Positions 26,755 to 37,915 of a DNA stretch of 64,000 nucleotides are shown here, in pieces. The position numbers and the translations under genes are program-made. This DNA comes from Peribolospora baueri (taxonomy: Eukaryota): NCBI GenBank assembly GCA_029717555.1, contig JAMDHS010000062.1, positions 62,001 through 126,000 of the forward strand, given 5' to 3'. How positions within the stretch are numbered: position 1 is the stretch's first letter; each line of letters opens with the position of its first letter. The notes beneath the pieces are model-generated. The model was given only the letters and a program-made list of their open reading frames with translations, was not told the origin of the DNA and searched no databases.

Positions 26755-29700
26755 ATGGGAGGGGAAGGTTGTGAGTGTTTATTCCTGAACTTGACGGGCG
26801 TACGGGACGACCGTCCCGCAGACGCAGCGTGCAGCGTGCTTATTCTACAACCCGCTCTGACTACTCCTTTCCCCGCGAATAGGTACCAATTCCTCCTCTT
26901 CGGGCAGGGACTCTTCGTCGTCCTCCTCGGAGTGCTCGACGTTGCCAGCAAGTTCGCCACCGGCAGACTGTCCTTGAATGGCTACGCTGCTTTTGATCGC
27001 GTCATAGGTGTGTGCTCTCCCATACCATAGTCGGAAACATTTTGTCAGTCTCTGACATATTTTTGCTTCACACTCCTCGTGCAGGCGTCTTATCCGTTTT
27101 ACCCCTCTTGTTCTCCTTGCTCTACCTTTGGGTGCTCACCAAGCTCTCACTGCGCACCTTCATACAAGCCTCAATCGTCTGGCACACCCTCTTTGGTCTC
27201 GTTCCCCTCATCGGCGGCCTCAACCTGCTCGCCTCCCTCCTCGGCCTCGTGTACGGCTTTTTCGCCTCCACCGGTGCTTCAGACGAGTCCGGTCGACCCG
27301 CGCCCGGTCCTCCGAGGAGGGCCGTCCGATTTACCGACAATTGCGCCGAGATTATCTCCCGCCAGCTCGCCCAGGCCGAGCTGGCGTTCTTGCTTATCTT
27401 CCAGACTGTCGTCATTCTCGCTTTACTCCGACGAGTCAGCGTTAGGAACCGTGCCTATTCCCCTTCATCTCTTCGGAGAGGGTCGCCGGTCAGCGACGAC
27501 CCTGCGTCACCCGGCGGCTATCGAATGGGTCGTGCGCCCAGCCCGCGCTCGTCACCCTCGCAGAGCACCGTTGATGCGCCGCCTCTGGCGCTACCCTTGG
27601 TCTGCTTGGGGCTGTTCTTCGGTATCGTCGAAACCGGTTTAGGATTCGCTCAGCCTCAGCTCTTTTCCCTCGTCCTGGCTCGAAAGATTCTCGCCTTGGT
27701 CTTCTATGTCTGTTTGGTTCTCGCAGCAACGGCTGGGTCAGTGCAAGCTTCGCTCATGCGCGAGACCTCTCATCGTCTCCTGACGCGATCCTGTCGTCAT
27801 CCACGTTTTACGCTCCCAGGCTGCGAACGATGGCGGTGCTACAGGCTCGTCAAGATCCCGTCGGCGTCAAGTTCCGCATCGGCAACCCTCGCGGTTTCCA
27901 GCACCTCGGTACGGGCGATCCCTCTGGCGTGTCCGTCGGCGACACCATCAACATGTTGCAGAACCCGCTCAGGGCGGCGGCCATGAGCCTTACGCCGAAG
28001 CCTTGGCAGAGCCGGCTCGTTGACACTGACAGGGCACGGTTCGGCGACAGAACAGAACGTCTCCACGAGGTTAAGGCTAAGTCATTCGCATCTTCGTTCG
28101 ACGCCGGGCCGAGGGTGGTTGTGCGCAAGAGCATTTACGGCGTACCCAGTCTACACATGCGTGAATTCTCCGACCTCGACTTCGGGGCTGTGACCATACC
28201 TCAAAGCTGGCGGTTGTCTAGGTCGTCGAGCGGCAGCAGGTTGAGCGGCGACGAAAGGCTTGTAGACCCGATCGGCGGGCGCTACCGAGCGATGCGGAAA
28301 GCGTCCATCCTGGAGAAATCAGCCCCGGCTTTCGGTCTCGCCTACGTCGGAGAGAAATCCACCTTCGTCGTCACGGACGGGTACTCGCGGTACTTGACCG
28401 TTCACCCACGCAGTCCGGAGTCGTCCCGCACAGGAAACGGGATATCGATTCGTACGAGGCCAGACAGTGAGACGGACGTCACCCTTCTGAGCACCTCCAC
28501 TGATCGTTCCCCGAAGGTCTGGCACGACTCGAGCCAGACGAGCCAGCGCCTCATCGCCCAGGATCCCAACAACATTTCGAGACGCGATGAGCCACTCCCA
28601 AATCTCCCGTCCCAGGGCTTGGGCTCAAGGAACAGCGCGATCAGCGGCTCATTGTCCAGATCCTTCGTTTTCCCCAAACCCGTCCGTAGCAACGAGCCCG
28701 ACACTACTTCCGCCCCTGCCGATAGCATGAATACCGGCAGCAAACTGTCGCGAAAACCTTCGTCGCGACGCAAGCAACCCCCGGCCATCGAAGAAAAAGC
28801 AGAGCGGACGATCTCTGCCGCCGACAATGTTAATACCGGCTTGAGGGATAGCGGAGCGAGCAACTCCGAGAGCGCTGCCATTTTATTTCTGCCCGTCGGA
28901 GACTCGACGTTGGCTAGGAAGCGCCGTTCGACCATCCGGCACCGGTCAGACAGCGACAGGGAATGCTGGCCGCCATCGCAGTCGGCTCAGCTTCAGCATC
29001 CAGGTTCCGCCACCGGTGGCCCAGAGCGATCAGATCAGTGGCGAGCGCGGTCGCACTTCCGGTCGGACGAGCTTCTTCTGGATGACATCGAGTCCCGTTC
29101 CGCCGGATCTGGATGAATACGGTCACTCGCGCGGTCGTCCACAGATCGCTGAACGTGTGGCCCGACTCGAGGCGGCGCACGAGAGGGAGCAGCTTCGTCG
29201 TCTAGGCGTAAACTCTTCCAATTCTTCCCTCGAAAAGCATTCCGTTCCCGAAGCTGAGGTCGGCGTCGCTCATGGTGGAGACACGCCACCCGGAGCGTTC
29301 GTGGCCCATGTTGACCCCGGTTCTCTGCCACGCATCGACAAGGACGCCGGGGTGCTGCTCGAAGCTCGGGGGAGGTTCTACAACTCGACCGACGCGCATT
29401 CGTCCTTGTTCGATAGCTTCAGGGCGTCCAGTGCGTCGTCCATCTGGCTTGCCGGGCCGGATCACCACGAAGAACAGCAGCAAATTCATCAACGCGAAGC
29501 TTCTGGCTCGTCACTAGGCTCGTCATACCGTTCCCGAGACGACTCGTCCTACAACTCGTCCGCTATCCTGCGATCCTCCTTGTTCAGCTCGTCGCGGCCT
29601 CGTCGCCGCAGAGAGTCGGATCGCAACGAGGGAGGGTACTGGCATAACTACGGTGACAGCGTGGGGAGCGGCACGTTGAGCAGGGACACAAGCCAAAGCA

Positions 29701-30119
29701 GTCAATCTCCCCGGATGGTGCTGAAGCGCATTAATGCTGAGAGGAAGGGCACTCTCGAGTCCTCCCCGGCCGGTTCTCAGCCGCCATACACGCCCGTCTC
29801 TTCGTCCGCCGGCGGTCGAAGTGGGCAAGGACGAGGGTGGTCATCGAGCGGCGCCGAGCAGACGCACCGAAGGAGCGTAGTACCGTCTCTGTTGGAGATG
29901 GACATGTCCGCTCCTGGAAGTGGTGGCGGGGAAGGTGGAAAGATGATTGCTGGCGGCCATCGACGTGGTGGGAGTAGTGCGAGCAGAGGTGGTTCGGGAG
30001 CCAGTCTTACGTCGTTGGGCGGCATTCGACAAAGCGTGAGGGCGAGCGGAGGATGGCGCGAGGACGGGTCGCTTCCACCGCAGGGGATGAGGGAGATGTC
30101 GGTTGCTTATGCGATTTGA
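26755..30119 (+). CDS. Multi-pass membrane protein with long Ser/Arg-rich cytoplasmic tail
   Basis: About 6-7 hydrophobic segments in spliced exons 26755-27737, then long low-complexity frames 27830-29116 and 29016-30119. The 5' end is uncertain: further exons may reach ATG 25623 (MSLSALIYWAQ|LWEAAFSFSP). The frame junction near 28.9 kb is unresolved. Confidence 0.55.
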
Positions 30120-30302
30120 GGATGCCATTGCTCGATTTCCCCTCCCCACTTTCTTTCTTTCATTTCTTCTTTATTTGCGCTCTCTCTCGCTCCAGTCCGG
30201 AAAGTTGACTGCTTGGAGGAAAGTGAAGAGTCGTATGGATGGAACCACCTTCTCCGTGATGTGATCGTACAGAATGCCGTACATCGGATGACCTCCCACC
30301 AA

Positions 30303-31745
30303 TTAAGCTGTGATGCCCGCAGGGAGCATCATATCGTCCCCGATGGCGTCTCCTACCGCCGCCTCGTCGTCTGCATCCTCCTCCATCCCCTCGACGTCCG
30401 GGCCGCCAGCCAAAAGTTCCTCATCGGCCTCGTCCACCTCCAGCTCGACTACTCTGCCCTCGCCTCCGTCCAAATCATCATCGTCATCGCCCTCGTTGTC
30501 ATCCTCGTCCTCATTTTCCTGAGTCCAGTACGCCCTCGGAATGACACGGAACCTGGCTTGTCGCACGTTAAGCAACTTCAGGATCTGTGCCGGCTGAGAT
30601 TTGAGCGTCTCGCCGCGTTTGCAGACTGTGTAGGGTGCTTTTAAGGAGGGAACCCCGCGCACTAGAGTCGCGGGAATGCCGAGAGAGCGGAGTTGTGGAT
30701 CGAGGGAGTGTGCCAGGGGCTCGGAAGTCAGGACGTCAAGGATGGGACCTGGACAGGGGGATGAATGATAGTCGATGAATAAGGGCAGAACTTATTAGGC
30801 GATTGGGACCGCCGATAAACCGACGCTGCGAAGCAAGCTAACTCCGTCAACTAAAAAAATTTCATTGGCCTTACCTTCTGGAAGAACGATGTCCTCGGAC
30901 GCCTTGTTCCCTGCACGAGCGAAATCTTGTCGCTCGTAATCCTTGCACCAGTCGACGACCACCTCAGGCTTCTCGTTTGTGAAGAGAAGACCTACGTTTC
31001 CTTCCAGACGCTATAGAGACAAAAACAAGAGGGGGGGGCACGTGAAAAGGTAAAAGACGCATCAGGCTCTGCATCTTCTCACCTTGTAGAAGCCATACCA
31101 ATGATGATCGGTAAAGAAATACGGCGGAAATAAAGAACGCTGAAGCCCCGGCTTGCTCACCTTCGTCAGCTGGCTAAGGCCCGGTCGACACTCGTCCTCT
31201 GGAGTAGTGCCGAGCGCCTTTGCAATGACTTTGTTTCGACCATAGAGCAGTCGTGAGCCTTTCCAAAGGGCGCGTACCTCTTTGAGGTAGGAATTCCTGT
31301 GAGAATGAGGGAAGGAACGAAGGAGGAAAGGTGAGCACTTGTCGCGTAGCGCTTCCCAGTGTGGATGAATAAAAGGAATAGCAAGCTCACCGCATGTTGC
31401 CCACGGAGCTTATAAAGAACGGAGGAAATGAATGGGAGAGGGTTTAAAGTGAGCGGGGACTTCCGCTTTGCCTGGTCCTAAAGTCTAGCATCAACAACGT
31501 ACAAGAGATAGGCATAATTGAACTTGAGAGCGCACTCCTTCACCTACAATCAGCAAAGGCCGATTACAAAAAGCAAGATCTTCTTCTTCAGCCCAATATC
31601 GCATGAATTCTTGGTAGAGAATATATCAGGGGAACGAACAAGGAAACAGATCACGCACCTCCTCCATGAACTCTGCCTTGTCTTCCTTCGTCTTCTTAGC
31701 CGTCTTGGTGAGAGTAACGACCTTGTTGCGCTTGGCTCTTGGCAT
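30303..31745 (-). CDS. MRT4: Ribosome assembly factor Mrt4
   Basis: MPRAKRNKVVTLTKT, FSVGNMRNSYLKEVR, GRNKVIAKALG, LEGNVGLLFT, DFARAG, VCKRGETL..QPAQILKLL, acidic tail. Includes an 18-nt micro-exon at 31408-31391. Confidence 0.93.
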
Positions 31746-32011
31746 CTTGGGCAGATACTACGGCAGAGCCTGTGGGTAGGTGTGTAGGCAAAGGCAGCAG
31801 CGTGTGAGATGAGAAGGAAAGAGGAAGGAAGGAGGTTGTGCGACGGTGGGAACGACGATGGATCGTGGCCGTCCCAAGAAGGAAGAATCAACCTCGAAAT
31901 GCTGCGGCACCGAAATCTTCGACTGCGGCTATGACCTTCTTGACAGACGCCCTCTCCATCGCTCCATCTCTCGCCGTCGAGCCTCCGTCTATAGGGTCCA
32001 GTATTATCAAC

Positions 32012-33716
32012 ATGGCAGCCCCGGACATGGTGCAGCTAGAGACACTGCTCCTCAACGTGTCTGGGAAAGTGCCTTTGCATGAGCGTTTCAAGGCGCTCTT
32101 CACCCTCAAAAACCTCGCTACGCCTCAGGCGATTCAGATCATCTCGAAAGGTGAGGAATGAGGTAGAGTCCAGCGCAAGCGAAACGGCTGTTGCGGTATT
32201 GTAGTCAGGCCTATTGAGGTTATCTGTGTAGCTCCTCGTGTATACCCCAACCGGAGCAAGCTCCTAGATGATTAACGTGCAATTGTCACTCTTTCCTCTT
32301 TTACGATGGGTAGGCTTCACCGACGACTCGGCCCTTTTGAAGCACGAACTCGCCTTCTGCCTCGGCCAAACGCATGATCCCACTGCCTTGCCTACGCTCG
32401 AGTCCGTGCTGTCTGACAAGTCCCAAGACCCCATGGTTAGACACGAAGCTGCTGAGGCGATTGGTGCCATCTCCCAGCCTTCTTCCCTCGCGCTCCTCAA
32501 GCAGTACCTCAACGACAACGACATCAACGTCAGGGAGACTTGCGAGATTGCGGTTGCAAAGATTGAATGGGATAATAGTGAAGAGGGAAAGAGGGAGAAG
32601 GAGAGAAAGAAGGCTGGAGAAGTGTGAGTGCTGCGCAGCCGGTTCGCCTCCGTATGATATGTTCTGTGCCGTTATTGCCGCTCAACCTTCGCGCCTCCAT
32701 CCACTACGTTCTGCTCTTACCGGACCCAGCAGAGACCCCTTCGGAAACACCATTGACCCCGCACCAGCCCTGTCGACTCGCTCGCCCATCGCTTCTGCGG
32801 CCTCGGCATCACCCGCCAGTGCCTCAGTCCCCCAACTCCGAGCGCAGCTGCTGGACACTTCCCAACCTCTCTTCGAGCGCTACAGGGCCATGTTTGGCCT
32901 TAGGAACGTGGGCACAGACGAGGCTGTTGAGGCGCTTGCGGAAGGTTTTGGTGACAAGAGCGCCTTGTTCCGGTGAGTTTTCAAGCGTCTGCATTTCTCT
33001 TTTGTCCCTCCTTTCTTTCGTCCAAGATTGTGCGCTCTTTCCTTGCTGAAATTGGACTTCTTGTTCCTCTTCACTTCTATTACAGCCATGAAATTGCCTT
33101 TGTCTTTGGTCAGCTAAGTTCACCACACTCCGTTCCACCTCTTATAAGAGTACTGAACGACGAAAAGGAGCACGAGATGGTCCGGCACGAGGCCGCGGAG
33201 GCGCTCGGAGGTATCGCCACTCCGGAGATGCCCGAGGTGGTGGAGAATCTGAGGAAGTGGTGCGGCCAAGGGCCGAGGGTTGTGAGGGAGAGTTGTATTG
33301 TCGCTATGGCGGAGGTGCGTGTGGCGTCTCGGCGTGTCCCTGCGCGATACGTATGTGTCCTATGGGGAATGTTGTTTATTGACCAGCGACGTCGTTTGGT
33401 TTTTTCTCTCTTCCCCCTCTTCCCTCTATCCCCTTGCTTCCGCTGGTGTAGTACGATTATATGAACGACCCCAACGCCTTCCAGCCCCTAGACGGCGTGT
33501 CGCTCGCGACTGCTTCGGAGGTGGGTACTGCAAGGCCTCCCAAGAGCATAGGATGGGGCTCTGGTCGCATCAGTCAAGGCAGTGTAGACGGAAGGAGTGA
33601 TCCCTTGCCCACCAGCGACTTTCGCTAATGAACCTTTGCCCTTCCGTTCCTCTCTTTTTCGTTCGTAACCATCTGCTCTACTTTCACCTCATACGTCGCA
33701 GGTCGCCGCTGCTTGA
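32012..33716 (+). CDS. LIA1: Deoxyhypusine hydroxylase (DOHH)
   Basis: HEAT repeats with four HE motifs: [47 protein letters not shown]; also [10 protein letters not shown] and [11 protein letters not shown]. Confidence 0.95.
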
Positions 33717-34397
33717 GCTGCTCATGTCCGTTGTACGATATATTCGGAGCCGATACCTCCAAAATTTGCGCAATTGCGCAAGACTTCAAGTGCTCGTCGC
33801 TTCCTTTTTCTCCCTTCTTCACGGTACGCTCTGTAGGATTACTTGCCCGACCGACATCCTTCGTCTTTCTCTGGGAAACCCCGTAGCATAGCAGGACGGC
33901 CGACCGACTCTATGTCGCAACGAAGAACGACATACCTCCGGCTTCCGAAGCCGAGACGACACTACTTCTACCCGATCCGGCTTTCGTTAACTTCCCGACC
34001 GCACCCTGACAGAATTCACCTTGTCGCTTCGAACTCGCTGCACAACTCCATACCAGCTACCTCACCTATAGTGTACATACACTAACACTCTTTGTTATCA
34101 GCGGATATTACAAGGAGATCGGACTAGGTGCGCTATAAAGTAAAACAGTGATGAGATGGGCGACCTCTTCCACTGTCACAACAGAACGTCGCCCAAAACT
34201 TCGTCACTTCAAGAGACAAACCTGTGATGTACTACCGCCTAGCTGAGTCAACGAACAAAGCTCTTCTTCTCCTTCGTCCCGCGCATTGCCAAGACCATAC
34301 ATTCGCGCCACCTTCTTCACCTTCCAGGTCAGTCTCCCCTCCCCTCCTATCCAGCTGCCCAACAAAAGATCCGCCAAAAAGTCACCCCATAGCTCGT

Positions 34398-35211
34398 CTA
34401 CTTTTCTTCCTTGAAACGAAGATAAAAGTTGACGAGCACGGCGATGAGGAGGAGAATGGACAGAATCGTAGGGCCTATGCGAGGAAGAGTAGAGCGTAAA
34501 CAGTAGCGCATCAGTCAGCATTTGGACGTCGCAAACGAAGAAAATGATGGACAGGCGGGGCATGTGTTTAACCAAAAAAGCATAGACAATACTCACCGAG
34601 TCTGTCGTCATACGGTCCAGAGCCACGCTTACGTATGGCGTTAGCGCGCCAATGGAAAGTAATAAGGGCGTATACCATGACGGCCATCGCTGCATCACCG
34701 GGTGAAAGAGGCCAGTCAATTAGCACCGCGTGAGATCAAGCAAAGACACGGGGCCATGGGCAGTGGGTACGAGCCTTGTCATAAAGGATGCAACAAATAA
34801 AGAGACGAACGAAGGAAAGCAAACTCTACTCACCAACAAAGGAAAACATCGCAGCGCTGATACGGCCAATCTTATCACCAAAGTTGAGAAGCCCAGCGGC
34901 GAGGCTGGAAAGGATGACAGTGAAGTTGAGCCATGAGAGGACTGCCGACGGTCGGGTACGAATCCGTGTACGTATGTGTTCAATCCCGAACAAAAAGTGA
35001 AGAAAGCAAACCAGCCAAGCAAATCAGCCCGTCAGCACCAACCAGATCAACACAAGGTAATAAGAAGAACAAAAACGAGGGCCTGGGAGGGGCGTCCGAG
35101 ATGGATGTACGCACAAGTACGCTCGTTGGCAAAGAAGACCTTCGGCTCAACGCGAACGGGCAGGGCAATGCGTTTGCCCGCCGTGCGCTGAAGGAGTGGC
35201 TGGGTGGACAT
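34398..35211 (-). CDS. VTC1: Vacuolar transporter chaperone subunit Vtc1
   Basis: [43 protein letters not shown]...[25 protein letters not shown]. Confidence 0.95.
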
Positions 35212-35380
35212 GATTGAGGAAACAGACGGGAACAAGAACGAGAAAATGTGAAGAAAGGTAAGGCAACAAGGCCAAAAGAGAGACGCGCGGGCAAGCAAGG
35301 TGCTGATAGGAATGGAGGCGGAGACGAGAAAGGCAAGCGAATGGCTTGACTGTCGTCTGTCTCACTTAAGCACACCTTGG

Positions 35381-35409
35381 CACGTGCGCAACGGGCGGGA
35401 CCGCACGTG
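35381..35409. promoter_or_regulatory. Two CACGTG boxes (candidate Pho4/NUC-1 sites) upstream of VTC1
   Basis: CACGTG at 35381 and 35404, 170-200 bp before the VTC1 ATG. VTC genes are known PHO-regulon members in yeast. Confidence 0.5.
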
Positions 35410-35559
35410 ACGCCGGTCGCCGCCCAACGCCGCGTCCCGCCGAGAGCGCTTCGCCCTCTTGCGATGATCCGTCAAGGGCCGTTCCTCGTTTTGGAAGAAT
35501 CAGATAGATAATACATCGTCGGCGCCGTGCGAGGGAGAAAGAAAGCAAAGTTAGACAAG

Positions 35560-36490
35560 ATGAACATCCGACAAGCGACAGTGAGTGGATGAGCTCCAGG
35601 GAGTCCCGAGCTCTTCAATTGAACCTCATCCCTCACGCGTCGGGCACACCGCTCGGACAGGTGAATGACCTGCTGGGCATGCAGAACTGCAACATGCACA
35701 ACCTTCCCGAGAACTACACTATGCGGTATTGTGAGTTGTGCGTCGGTGATGTGGTCTGCATGACCCGGCCGGAACAGATACAATGAAGCAATGTGGCTTA
35801 ATCCACCTCGCCTTCTTGTCCCCATGTTCCTGCAGACCTCTATCACGTCCTCACCTGGCCTCAGCTCTCGTACGTCGCTGAGGACGAGAAGGGCCGGATA
35901 GTGGGTTACATTCTAGGAAAAATGTGAGTGGTATTGTGTGTGTAGAGGGGCGAGTAACTGAAAGGCCGGCGTGGACCAATTTCCTTGCTTCCTTGTCCCA
36001 TGATGTGTACACAGGGACGAAGAGCCTTCGGACGAGCCCCACGGTCACGTCACCTCCATTTCTGTTCTGCGCACTTATCGACGACTCGGCCTCGCCAACA
36101 AGCTCATGAAGCAGAGTCGTGAGCCGTCTTTTCTCTTCTCGCCGCTTCTGAGTGGGCAGCCTACCGATCTACCGCTCCCTTCTTCTTATCGTTTTCAGAG
36201 ACTCAAATGAAGGATGTCTTTAAGGCAGCCTATGTCTCCCTGCACGTGCGAAAGACGAACCGGGCGGCGCTGCAGCTATACCGCGACACGCTCGGGTTCG
36301 AGGTGAACGAGGTTGAGAAGGGATACTGTGAGTCGAGGTGATCGGCCCTTTTGTCATTCTGCGCATACGTGGCTTCTATAGATGCTCTATGAGCGAACTC
36401 ATCCCATTCGGTTATGCGAATCTCTACTTTCTTTCCGTCGTCCCAGATGCCGACGGCGAAGACGCGTACGCCATGCGCTTACGACTTTGA
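35560..36490 (+). CDS. ARD1: NatA catalytic subunit Ard1/Naa10
   Basis: [85 protein letters not shown]. Confidence 0.96.
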
Positions 36491-36668
36491 TCCCGACGGT
36501 ACCGCCCAGTCTGTATCATAGACTTTGTCTCTGAGGCGATTATGCAACCGGATTGTTAAAGGTTTGCTTTTTCTGCTTCAGCCACCTTTACCGTGCGTCG
36601 TCAATGTGAAGGGGGGGTGGGCGTCTCGCCTGTCGCGCTCTTCGGTCAATTTTGACTTTTGCGGAACA

Positions 36669-37796
36669 TCAACCATTTGCACTGTCATTCGCATCGCTGC
36701 CATCCGTCCACAATTTGACCGCGCCATCAGCCCCGGCAGTGGCGACCTCTCCCTTCTTGGTCGTGCTTTGCTCGACCCAAAGAACCGTCTTGTCGTGTGC
36801 TTTCCCACGGCCCTCTACTTCCCTTGAGAACGCTCTCCCTTCCATCCCCGGGCCCGAGCCAATGGCCTTCCCACTGAGCACATCCCAAGCCCACACCGAC
36901 CCGTCCTCGGCGCCGGCTAGGACGGTCTGCTCCCCCCAACCGAAGCACGAGTGGATGCGATAGGACGAATTTGAGTGGTCGGTGAAGGTCTGTAGAAGCG
37001 TCCCATTGGAGAGATCGAGTAGCCGGAGGACACCGAGTGGGCTTGAAAGCGTAGAGACGAGGAGTGTGTCGTGAGCGGCAGATAGGGAGATGGAGGTGAC
37101 GGGGTCTACGAAGGGAAGAATTAGGCGAGAGCGAAGGAGAAGAGCGAGGACTGAGTAATCCCCGTTCCTGACGGAGCGTTATACGCAATGACAGTTCCCT
37201 CGCTTACACTCACCCTTGACGAAGTCTGTTCGAAGTTGGCCCATGCGCATATCGTACGTCCTGACGTTCCCATCCACGCAGCCAGCGACAATCAAGTCTC
37301 CGCCGATCACCAGACTCGTCACGCTGTCCTTTGCCTCGTCAAGCGTCTGAATGGGTCCCTTGACCTGAGAGCGTAGGTCCCACGCCCTCACCGTGCCGTC
37401 GTACCCCGCAGAGCACAGAAGCTCAGCGCGGGAGGGCTCGAACTCGACCGCATTCACCCTGCCCGAGTGCCCGGAGAACCTCCTCAGCACGCCTCCAGAC
37501 ATGACGTCCCAGAGAAACACGCTGCGATCTCCCCCACAGCTTGCAAAACGGTCATTGCCAGGCGCGACAGCTAGACCGAGCACCTCATAAGCGTGCCCGC
37601 CGCCGGAGTAGGACTTGATAAACGTACCCGAAGATGGGTTCCACAGCCGGATGGTTCGGTCCGACCCGCCGGAGATAAGGTAGCGCGAACCGGTGTTGTA
37701 GCGCACAACGTGCACGGGGCCTACATGTCCCTTGAGCGTGTGTTGCAGGTGGGAGGGTGAGGATGCCGGCGCGGACGTGCCCGCAGATGGAGCCAT
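36669..37796 (-). CDS. WDR83: WD40 protein WDR83/MORG1
   Basis: GHVGPVHVVRYN, HAYEVL, RFASCGGDRSVFLWDV, PIQTLDEAKDSV, GCVDGNVRTYDMRMG; second exon LRLLD..NGTLLQTFTDH. Confidence 0.88.
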
Positions 37797-37915
37797 GGCG
37801 AGCAAGACCGTTCGGTCATCGCCGATCTCACGACGGATGGAAGACGGCGATCGGGCGCTACGCGGCGGTAGGCGGCGTTAACCCGGATAAACCTTTAGGC
37901 CGGGCGGTGATCGGG

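Noticed and set aside
31101..31143. Box C (ATGATGA) ... box D (CTGA) in an Mrt4 intron
   Set aside because: Too short, and on the strand opposite to the host transcript.
34147..34208. Imperfect stem-loop between the LIA1 and VTC1 3' ends
   Set aside because: Short GC-rich stem with no recognisable RNA family or SECIS geometry; could be chance.
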